Assembly (NCBI RefSeq): GCF_006345805.1
Contig: NC_043001.1
Location: 110,794,001 to 110,858,000 of the forward strand
DNA: 64,000 nucleotides
Source of the DNA: Octopus sinensis
Taxonomy: Eukaryota
Reading direction: 5' to 3'
Shown: piece by piece, positions 50,811 through 63,480 of the stretch
Layout: each line of letters begins with the position of its first letter
How positions within the stretch are numbered: position 1 is the stretch's first letter
Notes under the pieces: model-generated
The model's input: only the letters and a program-made list of their open reading frames with translations
What the model was told of the DNA's origin: nothing
Database searches by the model: none
Translations under genes and position numbers: made by a program

Positions 50811-52849
50811 GTTACTCTCCTTGTGCTGAAGAATGGGCAAAACAGTGAGTTATGTACGTTATGCGTGGTTGTTTTTACGGACTTTAAAATATTGAAAAGA
50901 TCACTGACCATAGATGGTTAAAAAACATAAAGAACTTGTAAGCAGTACTACGTGCGAACCACAAGAATCACAGACAAAAGAAAACATCAATATCGTTATG
51001 TGTGTGCATAATCCGTCAGTTCAAACAGAGAAGTCACTCTTTCAACATTGATCTGGAATAGACAATGTTTTACCGATCTATTGCCTGCTCATAAAAAGGA
51101 GCAGCATCTGTGTGACCTAGAAACAAAAGTTCAGTGCACAGAATGGCCTCACGCTTCTGTTCTATTAAACATTAAGAATATTAAGAGCTAGTGGTCGGCA
51201 GACAATTTACTGAGAAATATTATGTACACAAATACTCTTCTCTGAAAACGTTTTATATGTAAAATAAATGTCATTCTCGAGTTGTATTGCATTTCATGTC
51301 AAAAGTTGTTAATTCAAATATCCAAATGTTATATGCTGCCGTGTTGCTATCCCACTGAAATGCAAAATAATCGCTGCAACATCGTCCTTTATGGAAATTA
51401 CTTACTATTTGACATCTCAGTGGACTCTCAAGACGGTATCGTGAACTACTTTGAATATGCTAATAACGGCAAGCATCATCACATTTAATGATTTGAAACA
51501 TTCGTTTAGATGTAGTGAAATCTTATAGATGTAGTCAGACGCAAAAAGAATTACCAGAGGGTTGTATATAATAAACACTTTCATACTAAAAATCTACTAG
51601 CTAATAAATCATTGATTTGAAATATCCGTAAACCAAACAGAATGTCTAAAGACTGAAGTCGTGGTCATTTACGTATTCTGGTCAAATCTGTCTTTCTAAA
51701 CACACAATTGTACAGTCTATTAATATACGTGTAATACATAAATCTAAAACAAATAACTTTACGATCGGCATACATGCATTCATCATTCACTGTTTTACGA
51801 TGTTTATGAATTTAAAAGGCTAAAATTTCAGAATCTTTTTGCTCTTTGCTTTTTATTAACCTTTCTGAATTTATATAATTTGGATATAATTGGGTGTTTG
51901 AATTAAGAGAAGGCAGAACGAAAATTAATGGTAGTAATATCATCTCATCGACTTACATATATTTAAAAGTTAGTTCTGTCGTGTTGATGTGACAGCAACG
52001 AAAGATTCTAAGACTGTGGCTATACAAGTTTACAAGGGTTTCACAATTAAAATACGAGTAGCACGTTTAAAAATATTGTATGCAACTCCTTCATTCCTCC
52101 CATAAATAATTTGGTAACCCTATTTCATTTCACATATTCCAATTTCGAAACGATTTGAATTACGTAATTAGATTACAGTTTATCTTCATACAAACTGTTG
52201 AAACATGATAGATTAACACGGAGTATTTGGATTACATTTTACCTTGATATAAACTGTGGAAACTTGATAGGTTAACACGAAGCATTTTTATTTTGTATAT
52301 ATATAAGCTAATCAGGTTTAATTGCACATTCAATCAAACTGCAAATTTAGCTGTTGTCAATGGGTGCCCTGCGTTGGTTTGATTAAATTTGATTGAATAT
52401 GGAAGAAATAAGAAAGTGTATATACAAATTTGGGCGTGCCTTCTAAACATCTTTAATTGCATTTCTCTACAAAGTGGGGTTTGCTTTATGCAGAGAAATT
52501 ATTCCATATTAGTCTCTAAAAGCTACAGTAGAGGCCACGGCAAAATCAATAATTTTGATAAACGATTTAATAATTACCTCAAAATATTAAAATTTTAAAT
52601 GTGTTAATCTCTTGCAAATTATTCATCAGACTTTCATCGTGGTCAATGCATAATTTTGTGCTTCGTTCCTTTTACAAAAATGGTTGTCAAATAGTTCAAT
52701 ACGCTTCAATGTAAAATGCCGTAGCGATCTTTATTTTCATGATAATACTTATATAGAAATTACCTTTGTCGATAAAGTAAGGATCTCCTCATAGTTTGAA
52801 CTTCATTATTAATAGGAGTTTGATGACCGTTTAGAAAACTCATCGTATC

Positions 52850-53400
52850 CCTGGCATTTTAAAATGTAGGTTTCAAAGCATATGAGAGCTGTCACATTGC
52901 TTTTGTATGTTGTATCTCTCAATCCTCTACGCATATCGAAGGGCTGCAGAGAAGAAATAATTTTATTTTTCAGACATTTTCGAATAAATGTGTCGTTTTG
53001 AGATTTAAATTTAGGGTAGTGATTGGTGTATGCAGGAGTTGACATAGTCAAAAGTTTTGAGACAGATTGATATTATAGTCTATTTGTAAAGGCTTTCAGT
53101 TATGTTTAAGGAGACTGTGCCTTAATAATTCTATGACACTCATCTTGTAATTCCAATACATACGTGTCGTTTCTCTTGGGTCATTGTTTATCTAATAATG
53201 GCTACAACTTTTTCTGGGTTCAACTACCTTTATTGACTCAGCCGTTTCCTCCATCGAGAGTCTGAAATTTCACATCTATCATCGCATTTATCAATTTCCA
53301 TCTCCTATAGACCGACAGACTTCAGGTCTTTCTAACTAACCGATCTAAATCGCTTAATCTCCGTTCAAAACATCTACATCTCTGACTGTAACCCTGATCG
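52850..53400 (-). mobile_element. Possible L1/Tx1-type RT relic
   Basis: YRRWKLINA-DVKF (NYRPITLLNxDxK-like), SICLKTFDYVN (LDxxKAFDRV-like); heavily frameshifted. Confidence 0.35.
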
Positions 53401-53782
53401 CAATTTTGAAACTAAGTCTCATCACATGGCTTTCATTGAAAAATATAAACCAAATCTTAACTATTCTAAAATTTTTATACAAGGAAATTCATCTCATTGA
53501 AAAAAAGAAAAAAATATAAAGTGATTATCTCTCTTATACCGGAAGAAATCCCTGTTTACCTCCCCCTGCTTGGAACTTTTCACGTCATAGCGAAGACGTG
53601 ACACGGTGTAGGTAAAGAAATTTGAGAAATTTGAAAAGAATATACGATATCAGTTATTTTTTGCAAAACTATGTTGCTATACACAAACTTTTATAACATT
53701 TTTCTAACGTAACGACTTAAATATATTCTTTAACCTTATAACACAAGCCTTCTGTAGTTCTTTCACTTATTTTTATTTGTTA

Positions 53783-54171
53783 CTAGCAGTATCGCCCGAC
53801 GTTGCTCGGGTTTGTTTCGACCCGCTGGAATTGGAATTTTTGAAAAGTAAAAATTTTGCATTATGTAGCTTGTTATTCTCTTCAAGTGAACATTTTTCTG
53901 GTTGAAATACACCGAAAAGTGGCGACACAGCATTGAAAAAATCGTAAAAATAGGGATTTTCATAGAAAAAAAGCACCTTTTTGATGTAAATAATTTTTGG
54001 TGTTAACATGGTTCGATTTGAATTTTATCTTCTACGGAAGGAAGAGCAACCCTTCTTCTATCATACTCTCAATTTTGGTCAACTTGCGCTGCAGGGTCTC
54101 GGAGGAGAGTGTTAGTTGAAGGTTACCAAACCTGGCGCACACAAAAAACTTCAGCTTTAAATAGTGAGAGA
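53783..54171 (-). mobile_element. Non-autonomous Helitron
   Basis: Minus strand a|TCtctcactatttaaag ... CCCGAgcaacgTCGGGcgatactgCTAG|t; TC/CTAG termini, A|T site, 3' hairpin. Confidence 0.8.
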
Positions 54172-54712
54172 TAACACACACACATGAATACACATACATA
54201 ACACACACCACACACACACTCAGACACACATGTATGTATCTATAGATGTATGTATGTATATATGTACATCTGTCCACTTCTTGCCATATTTTTATCCTTC
54301 ACTTCCTACACACACACACACACACTCACACACACACACAGACACACACACACACACGCACACGCACACACACCTTCTTAGCTAACAATTTCTTTTTTTC
54401 AATAATTGACAACTGAAGTACGCTCGCAAATTGATACTACCAAAACTTAGCGACAGAAAGTAAATTAAAAACCAAATTTAATTTATAAAATATAGAACAA
54501 TAGCATCTACTCACCATATGTCAGTGAATTGTTGGTGTGTGTTTGCAAATGTGTTCGAATGAGGAAGTGAATTGTGTTTGGCGCCTTTTTTACTAATAAC
54601 AAACACACACGTGTGTGTGTGTGTGTGTGTGTTTGAGTGTTTATATGTAGTTGTTTGAAACGTTTGTGTTTGTCACTGTCATATATGTATATGTTTGCGT
54701 GTCTATGTGTGT

Positions 54713-55527
54713 GTGTGAGGAGTAAATCGTTATGTATTTATTTTGTTCTCTTTCCTGTCTGTCTTTTTTAAAATTTTTTTTGAGGAGTAGTTTAAGCATT
54801 AATAAGAGAAAGTAGCAGAATGTGTGATGTTGAATAAGAGTAATAGAAAGAGGATATGATAGTGGTATACACTTGCAAAGAGAAAGTAGCAGAAAGTGTG
54901 GTAGGTTTAAGGTACACTTGCAAGGAGAAATTAGGAGAAAGTGTGGTAATAGAAGGAGTAAAGCATTTGAAATGAGTAGTGGTTTAAGGTACACTTGAAA
55001 AGAGAAAGTAGGAGAAAGTGTGGTAATAGAAGGAGTGAAGCATTTGAAATGAGAGAGGGAAATCGTAAAATATTGAGTTTTCTCGAATTTTGCTTAATTG
55101 GGGGTGGGAATTGAAAGAAATTTATATGCCATGACCCAGTGGAATGTATTTCGAAAAATCATAGGTGAATTCCAATTGAAGAAATTGTGTGAGGAGTAAA
55201 TCGTTATGTATTTATTTGTTTCTGTTTCATGTGTACTTTTTTTGAGTAGTGGTTTAAGGTACACTTGCAAAGAGAAAGTAGGAGAAAGTGTGGTAATAGA
55301 AGGAGTGAAGCAGTTGAAATTAGAGAGGCAAATCGTAAAATATTTAGTTTTCTCGAATTTTTGCTTAATTGGGAGTGAAATTGAAAAAAAATTATATGCC
55401 ATGACCTAATCGAATCTACTTCAAAAATCATAGGTACGTTCCAATTGAAGGAATTCTATATTGTACAATTGTATTAAAAAGAAACATAGTCACAGGCAGA
55501 GACAATCTGCCTTTTATCATAAGAGAT
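54713..55527 (-). repeat. Nested minisatellite/tandem array with a Helitron-like 5' end
   Basis: Roughly 40-70-bp units (aaggtacacttgcaaagagaaagtaggagaaagtgtggtaatagaaggag) inside a 474-bp higher-order repeat (gtgtgaggagtaaatcgttatg at 54713 and 55187); right end reads a|TCtcttatgataaaagg on the minus strand. Confidence 0.7.
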
Positions 55528-55601
55528 ACATCCAACCACGTGCTTTCAGACACCAACTCTCTCACCTATATACATAGATATACATACCTATATATATATA
55601 A

Positions 55602-55671
<70 letters not shown>

Positions 55672-55672
<1 letters not shown>

Positions 55673-56227
55673 GAGTGAGAGGGCAGTTCATGCCATCAAA
55701 GTGACACTGGGGTAAAATATACGAAGCCCAATATACCCATCATGACTACCCGTCTGATAAGGGCACACCAGGCACATGCATCACAACCATATGTGCGCGA
55801 CATGGTGATCTCATATCAAGATAAACTGCACATGACCTTGCAGGTGGGGCCCAGTTAGAATTTTCTTCAGGTTGAGTAGCCCATCCTGCTCAAACGGTCC
55901 CTGAATAAGGGTTGTTTAAGGATGTTGAAAAAACCACCCATGTCTCCAGAGGTGAATTATTCAAACCCCAAAGAATCCCTCTCAACACATGGCTATGGTG
56001 CTCCCCCACTACTTCTGCTCGTGATCAGAGATGCACATATCGTCAGCCAATAAGGGACATGCTCAACTGGTTAAGGTCAAACAACTGACAAGCAAATCCG
56101 TGGTATTGAGCAGAATATTTGCTGTAGCCCATCTTTTATACCAAGACAAAACAATGTACATGATAACGCTTCCAATCAGTTAAGATTAGAAGCCATGAGA
56201 GCCACTGTCTGGTACTGCATCAGGGCA
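55672..56227 (-). mobile_element. Non-coding retroposon 3' portion with (AAT)n tail
   Basis: GC-richer block ending ctctcactc-aataataat on the minus strand; (ATT)n on both sides. Confidence 0.6.
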
Positions 56228-56273
56228 TTTATTATTATTATTATTATTATTATTATCATTATTATTATTATTA

Positions 56274-56325
<52 letters not shown>

Positions 56326-56344
56326 TATTATTATTATATTATTA

Positions 56345-56876
56345 TTCAGTAGTTTTATTTTTATAGCGTGCTTTCACTTCACTATCGAGCGCAGCTCTGT
56401 GTGCCTTGGGTATGTGCTGTGATTTGTTGTGATGCTCTGATGGTTATTGTATGGAAAGTGTTCTGCGTAGGATGTGTGCAGTGCCTAGTAGTGCAATTTT
56501 CTGTATGTTATATGTGTTTGTAAGTCCTGGTGTTTTTGTTATGTATTTGTCTGAATATTTTTTTATCATGCCTAATGCACCTACTATGATAGGAATTGTT
56601 TCTGTTTTCAGATTCCACATTCTAGTTACCTCTATTTCCAGGTCTTTGTATTTTGAGAGTTTCTCCATTTCTTTTAGAGACACGTTGTCATCAGCCGGTA
56701 TTGATACATCAATTAGAAAGCATTCTTTTTCTTCATGATCTCTGACAACTATATCTGGTCTGTTGGCCTTAATTTCTCTATCTGTGTGTATCGGCATATC
56801 CCAGAGTATGGTTGCTTTCTCGTTTTTGTGACCTTTTCTATACCATCTTTTTTCTGTTGTTATTCCATAATGTTGG

Positions 56877-56878
<2 letters not shown>
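56345..56878 (-). mobile_element. R4/Dong-like RLE LINE, 5'-truncated, in (TAA)n
   Basis: ATILWDMPIHTDREIKANRPDIVV...LIDVSIP...KLSKYKDL...IVGALG...KIALLGTAHILRR*; short 3' UTR then (AAT)n. Confidence 0.92.
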
Positions 56879-56907
<29 letters not shown>

Positions 56908-57646
56908 TATTATTATTATTAATATTATTATTATTATTATTGTTATTCTTATTATTATTATTACTATTATATATATATATGTGTGTGTGTGGTGTGTGTG
57001 TGTGTGTGTGTGGTGTGTGTGTGTGTGTGTGTGTGTGTACAGAGAGTTAGACGGAGTAAAATAGTGAAAGTGAGTGAGATAAGTACTTCTGTACTAGGTT
57101 TGGAATTATTTTCACTAGAACAGAGTGGAGGAACATGAAATGATGTATCTAGCTCCAGAATAAAAAGACAGAAATAAAGCCGACGTTGCATAATTATTCT
57201 GCAACTTTCTATAAATGAACGCATTCTTTTGACGATTATATAAACTGATATATTCTGATGTCACTAGTAAGTTTAGCAGAAAGGAGATGACTTGGAGCAA
57301 ATTAATTTAAATATTCATGTCGTTGTTACACACAGAATATTCACTATCAATTATTTCTCCTGCATATGTTATGCTAAAATGTAATCTGTTGAGCAACATT
57401 TTTTTACTTCCTAGGTGTCACAACATTGTTTAAAATTCTAATGGTTTTACAATTGCATATGGCATTTTAATTTGCTGCCTTATAAACAGTATTAAAAATG
57501 AGAAACATAATGCGGTTGCCGTACGTTGTAGCATTATACGTGTACTAGTGAATATGTGTGTAAGAATGTATATGTATTTGAGTTGTTGTTTGACGACATA
57601 TATAAATTCATATCCATATACATATATTTTTGCTTGTTATATATAT

Positions 57647-57707
<61 letters not shown>

Positions 57708-57735
57708 AACAACATATTTCATATGAATATATGTA

Positions 57736-57813
<78 letters not shown>

Positions 57814-57821
57814 GAAATGCA

Positions 57822-58020
57822 AAGTCAACCTCGGCAGAAGTTGAACTCACAACGTAACGACAGACGAAATACTGCTAAGCATTTCGCCCGGCGCGCTAAC
57901 ACGTCTGCCAGCTTGATATTTAAAGTACCAGTTTCGTACTAGAGATCGATGTAATCGACTTAATCCATTTGTCTGTCCTTGTTTGTCCCTTCTATGTTTA
58001 GCCCCTTGTGGGAAATAAAG
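57822..58020. mobile_element. SINE family B fragments in opposite orientations
   Basis: Head on minus strand 57822-57912; body on plus strand 57922-58020. Confidence 0.75.
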
Positions 58021-58032
58021 ATATATATATAT

Positions 58033-58063
<31 letters not shown>

Positions 58064-58193
58064 ATATATATAATATATATATGTATATATTGATAAAATG
58101 ATAAGACAACGAAAGAATGAAAGAAATCTCGATATTATGTAAATAGAGGAATTTATCTGTAAATGTAATATTTGACAATTATTCGGTAGCCAT

Positions 58194-58254
58194 TATAAAA
58201 CTCCGGGTTTCGGATGTTGCGGTGGAAATCCACGCCGCTATCTCTTCAGTTATC
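58194..58254 (-). ncRNA. Type I hammerhead motif, left arm
   Basis: gataa CTGAAGA gatagcggcgtggatttccaccgcaacatcc GAAAC ccgga GTT| ttata. Confidence 0.7.
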
Positions 58255-58442
58255 TGGCCATCGGAAAAAATGCTATGAAAATGACCTGCAATTTTCTCCA
58301 AAAGTTTCTTAGAGTATAGTTCCCTTGATACTATAGGTATGTTTTTCATAGAATAATCGATGTAGTAGGCGTCCATACTCGATTCTTCTGCGGGGTAGAG
58401 CCCGCAGGCGATGTCATTTTCATAGCTTTTTTCCGATGGCCA

Positions 58443-58502
58443 GATAACTGAAGAGATAACGGCGTGGATTCCCACCCCGGCATCCAAAACCGGAGTATTA
58501 TC
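58443..58502 (+). ncRNA. Type I hammerhead motif, right arm (G12 mutated to A)
   Basis: gataa CTGAAGA gataacggcgtggattcccaccccggcatcc aAAAC cgga GTA| ttatc; perfect 5-bp stem I. Confidence 0.65.
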
Positions 58503-58688
58503 ATAGCTACCGAATAATTGTCACATATTAAATTTACACACACACATATATATAGGGAGAGTTTACGAAAAAAACAAAACACGAAGACAGGTGGTGTACA
58601 AAACAACAAGGAGAGAAAAATTGTGTGTAGTGGCTAACGATCTATCATGATATATACATATATACACACACATATGTATGTATATAAT

Positions 58689-58745
<57 letters not shown>

Positions 58746-59029
58746 CATACATACATACATACACGTATGTATGTATGTATACATTGGGAGAATCTTTGTG
58801 CCAATAATAATAAACGTATTATTTAGATTTCACTGTTTTATTGTCGGTCAACTGGAGGGTTACCCAACAAACTCTCTACTCTACTGCTTGGTTAATTTGT
58901 TGTTTAAATAATCAATCAGTTTTTATGTCAAATTCCTTTCATCGCTATTCGCCACCATTCAGCGATATGCCTCTTTCTTCCATGTCTGCCTCGATATTGA
59001 TGCCGGTTGTTGGAGCGTTGCATATGGCA

Positions 59030-59350
59030 ATACTCCAACAATGGTTAGGGTATTTGTCTCACGATTATAGGTCGAAGGTTCTATTCTTGGCAGCGCGTTG
59101 AACACTTGAGTAAGAAACTTTATTGCTTATTGTTCAAGTTCACTCAGCTGGCAAAAATTAGTCGTGCCTATAATTCAATGGACTCCCGTGGTCACATTCG
59201 GTGTGTCACCCTGAAGTTCCTTGAGGACTATAGTAATGCTACCCGTGTCTATTCAGTATCTCACCTACATACACGTTAATTTGAGCAGCGGGTTGTTCCA
59301 TTGACGATATCAACTAGAACAATCGTCGACGTAACTGACGGAGTTCCAGA
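59030..59350 (+). mobile_element. SINE family C, diverged
   Basis: atggttagggtatttgtctcacgat...cactcagctggcaaaaat...gtaactgacggagttcc. Confidence 0.75.
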
Positions 59351-59707
59351 CCAAATGAAAGGGCAGTATCATCATGAACATACAGCTTCTATATAACGGA
59401 AGTTGATATTGTATCATGTGATAATTCAATATATACATATATATATAATGTGCTCAAACGGAAAATCAAACAACAGGTGTCTTCTTAAACGAGAATTTAT
59501 AAGAACAACATCTGAGAAAGAGGGAAACAAAGAACTGCAATTTTAGTTGTTAAATATAGGAATACTGAGTATTACACGTATTCACATACAGACGCGATGC
59601 AAGCAACAATATAATAAAACGTATCATATGAATAATTGCCTGGTGTTGCATTACAATACATTTCCGCTTTTGAAGCAAGTTTCCCGTCATTATCTATATA
59701 ATATATA

Positions 59708-59779
<72 letters not shown>

Positions 59780-59849
59780 CATATATATATATACATATCA
59801 TATATGTATAATATATATAAATTCATATATATATGTGTATGTATATATA

Positions 59850-59890
<41 letters not shown>

Positions 59891-60149
59891 GAATGTACTC
59901 ACACTCATTCACATATATACATATTTTATGCAAGCATGTGTGTGTGTGTTGTGTGTGTGTGTGTGTGAGTCTGTGGGGTGTATTGTTTAGATCGCGTTGC
60001 ACGTGAGTGGGTTTGTTTTACACGCACTTACAATGCTGTGATTGGGCTCACTTTAAGTTCCGGCTACAGTAGGGTATTTAAATAAGTTAACAATAAAGTA
60101 ACCAGAGGAGTTTAAGAATGGAAAAGAAACGCGCGTAATAAAGAAAATA

Positions 60150-60280
60150 ATGACGCTCCGTCGGTTACAATGATGAGCGTTCAAATATATCAGTGGTTGA
60201 GTATTCCACAGATACGTGTACCCTTAACGCAGTTCTCACGGACATTCAACGTGATACCGAATATGAGAAGCTTGGCACTA
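60150..60280 (-). mobile_element. SINE family C 3' fragment
   Basis: gctccgtcggttac...cacagatacgtgtacccttaacgcagttctc. Confidence 0.65.
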
Positions 60281-60297
60281 TGAATTGTTGGTAAAAG

Positions 60298-60770
60298 TAT
60301 TGGCTTGTCCGGAAAGTTCGTGCCGAATTTTAAAGGAAAGAAAAGGTCAGTAGATACTTGCCGTTACTCAAGCTTTACCAGATGCTCATGAACGACAGAT
60401 TTTGATCGGCTGAGGCTTTCTGCCAATTCTCGGGTTGTGCAATGTGGGTTATTCTCAATTAATGACTTGATTTGGTCACCATCTGTAGTGGATGGTCTGG
60501 CTCTGCCTGATCGCTCTTTATCAATAAGGCTACAATCTCCAGCTCGGAACCTTGCGAACCACTTCCGTACAGTTCTTTCGGATAAAGAAACATCACCGTA
60601 AACTGTGCATGTTTCTTTGGTTGCTTGTGAGGCATTTTTCCCTTTACTGAAAAAGAAAAGCATCAAGTGCCGAAAATGAACTGAATGGCTAATGCGGGTC
60701 ATGTACAATCGTTTTAGTTTCAACATGTGAACTCAGATCAAATTACGCGCCTGCGAAGTACACCTTCGAA
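60298..60770 (-). mobile_element. mariner element remnant (N-terminal HTH region plus one TIR)
   Basis: HFRHLMLFFFSKGKNASQAT...VYGDVSLSERTVRKWFARFRAGDCSLIDKERSGR...ELAESL; TIR tattggcttgtccggaaagttcgtgccga at 60298; catalytic domain deleted. Confidence 0.92.
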
Positions 60771-61068
60771 ATACCGATAACTTCTGCAAAGCTATTAAAG
60801 AGGCGAGGGAAACTGTCACTTGTTGCTTGCAGAACACAACAAATATGGTAGAGCATCTCATAAAACAATGCATCGCATTTAGAAATACGATTCTAATTTC
60901 CCGTTCTGATTACGAAACTGTAAACATGTGAATAGCGGCTAACAATAGAATTGTAAACAAGACATAGATTATAATGATCCTCGTCCTGTGAGTAGTTGAA
61001 GATACGATCCTAGGTACAGACGTGTTAGATGTTAGAATTCGGTTTCATCAAGTTGAATGCATCAGCGT

Positions 61069-61437
61069 GGCATTCCGTCAGTCACGACGACGAGAGTTCC
61101 AGTTGAACCGATCAACCGAACAGTCTGCTCGTGAAATTAACGTGCAAATGGCTCAGCACTGCACACAGACGCGTGTACCCTTAACGTAGATCTCCGCGAG
61201 ATTCAGCGTAACACAGTGTGTGACAAGGCTGACCCTTTAATATACAGGTACAAGAGTAACAGGAAGGAAAATTAAGAGAAAATTGTGATGAAAGGGTACC
61301 GGAGGGTTCGCCACCACCACTCGTGCAGCTTTAGTTGTTTTCGCTCAATAAACACTCACACCGCCCGGTCTGGGAATCTAAACCGCGATCCTACAACCTC
61401 ATTTTCCCTGCACTAACCACTGGTCCATTGCGCCTCA
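61069..61437 (-). mobile_element. SINE family C with internal insertion
   Basis: Tail tggcattccgtcagtcacgacgacg; head gaggcgcaatggaccagtggttagtgc in reverse complement. Confidence 0.8.
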
Positions 61438-61691
61438 ACTGAATGCATTAGTGATCTGTGGATGCTACAGTTAACATGGATGCGGGTTTTCCCAGCTGCT
61501 GTGCAGTAATATAACATCATGTGTACAAACGTTGATAAATGGCACAAGAAACGTGCAGCTAACGTTAAAGGAAATTTCGAAACGGAGAATTTTAAGGGAG
61601 AACAAACAATGAGATACCGAGATTTTTTTTCTGGGCACGTCTTACATATTACAATTAGTAAACACTTTCACACAACCATTAATTCATATAT

Positions 61692-61755
<64 letters not shown>

Positions 61756-61911
61756 GTATATATGTATATAATTATATATAATTATATATATCACAATCAA
61801 GGAACGGCCATAATAGGCCATTCACCCACTAGAAAAACAGCCAAAGCTTCAAAACGCAAAGTAAAATTAATTCCGCAACCAGGAGAAAATTAAAAAACAT
61901 TTACCCTGTAA

Positions 61912-62016
61912 TTTCTTATACGATGCACCGTTTGTCTATTGTTTAATGGTAAACTAACCTGATTAAATTAAATCAAGCCAATCTTCCATAGGCCCTTAGA
62001 TTCGTCAGTAAGAAAT
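61912..62016 (-). ncRNA. Type I hammerhead motif, left arm (G12 missing)
   Basis: Reverse complement: tttctta CTGACGA atcta...tagac -AAAC ggtgcatc GTA taagaaa; 1-nt deletion in GAAA. Confidence 0.65.
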
Positions 62017-62773
62017 AGCCAGATCGGAACAGATATATTCACGAGGCACTTCTGTCCCTGCCTCGGCAATATCTGACCTAAATTTTCAAATCATCGCACT
62101 CGCGCCAAATTTATCGGCAGCAAATAAATATAAGCCGCCGATTCCATTACGGAATCAACCAGAAAATTCATAATTAATCAATATAGGGTGGCAAAAAAAT
62201 TTTGTAGAATTTTTTTGCCACCAGCGGCCTAGTGGGAAAAAATTAAATAGTCATAGACCATTTATAAGTTCAACATCACAATCAAGGAACGGCCATAATA
62301 GGCTATTCACCCACTAGAAATAACAGCCAAAGCTTCAACCGCAAAATAACATTAATTCCGCAAACCAGGAGAAAATTAAAAAAACATTTACCCTGTAATT
62401 TCTTATACGATGCACCGTTTCGTCTATTGTTTAATGGTAAACTAACCTGATTAGTTGAAGCTTTGGCTGTTATTTCTAGTGGGTGAATGGCCTATTATGG
62501 CCGTTCCTTGATTGTGATGTTGAACTTATAAATGGTCTATGACTATTTAATTTTTTCCCACTAGGCCGCTGGTGCAAAAAAATTCTACAAAATTTTTTTG
62601 CCCCTATATTGATAATTATGAATTTTCTGGTTGATTCCGTAATGGAATCGGCGGCTTATATTTATTTGCTGTCGATAAATTTGGCGCGAGTGCGATGATT
62701 TGAAAATTTTAGGTCAGATATTGCCGAGGCAGGGACAGAATTGCCTCGTGAAAATATCTGTTCCGATCTGGCT

Positions 62774-62879
62774 ATTTCTTACTGACGAATCTAAGGGCCT
62801 ATGGAAGATTGGCTTGATTTAATTTAATCAGGTTAGTTTACATTAAACAATAGACGAAACGGTGCATCGTATAAGAAAT
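62774..62879 (+). ncRNA. Type I hammerhead motif with long branched stem II, intact core
   Basis: atttctta CTGACGA [62782-62788] a tcta ... taga c GAAA [62856-62859] C ggtgcatc GTA| [62871] taagaaat. Confidence 0.85.
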
Positions 62880-63106
62880 TACCGGGTAAATGTTTTTTTA
62901 ATTTTCTCCTGGTTTGCGGAATTAATGTTATTTTGCGGTTGAAGCTTTGGCTGTTATTTCTAGTGGGTGAATGGCCTATTATGGCCGTTCCTTGATTGTG
63001 ATGTTGAACTTATAAATGGTCTATGACTATTTAATTTTTTCCACTAGGCCGCTGGTGGCAAAAAAATTCTACAAAATTTTTTTGCCACCCATATTGATTA
63101 ATTATA

Positions 63107-63180
<74 letters not shown>

Positions 63181-63322
63181 AAATAAGCAACAATCTATGG
63201 ACATCCTTGATTCTTATTTTGATTAAAATCACCCTATTTTGAATTATATGGATAATACCATATTAATTCTGGTGCCTTTATCCTAAGTACATATTCAACT
63301 AATTTTTTACTGAATTATATAT

Positions 63323-63355
<33 letters not shown>

Positions 63356-63372
63356 AGTAGTACGTATGCATG

Positions 63373-63406
<34 letters not shown>

Positions 63407-63430
63407 TGTATGTATGTATCTATCTATCCA

Positions 63431-63480
<50 letters not shown>

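Larger units (their letters stand above)
58166..58530. mobile_element. Penelope-like fold-back: inverted ~120-bp pLTR-like arms around an ORF start
   Basis: 58166-58287 is the reverse complement of 58408-58530 with scattered mismatches; centre on minus strand from ATG 58376 reads MDAYYIDYSMKNIPIVSRELYSKKLLEK. Confidence 0.85.
61791..63104. mobile_element. 485-bp-unit HHR repeat family, two inverted ~1.35-unit arms (retrozyme/non-autonomous PLE-like)
   Basis: tcacaatcaagg at 61791 and 62276 (period 485); ttgtga ending 62517 and 63001 (period 484); orientation switch at 62453/62454; (TA)n on both sides. Confidence 0.95.

Noticed and set aside
56190-56227. tgcagtacc match to the U2 snRNA 3' stem
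   Set aside because: Only 9 nt shared; the rest of U2 is absent
61791-63104. CRISPR array or pure assembly fold-back explanation
   Set aside because: No short repeat-spacer pattern; the arms differ in phase and sequence, and the same inverted design recurs at 1418-1720, although read-level confirmation is still needed
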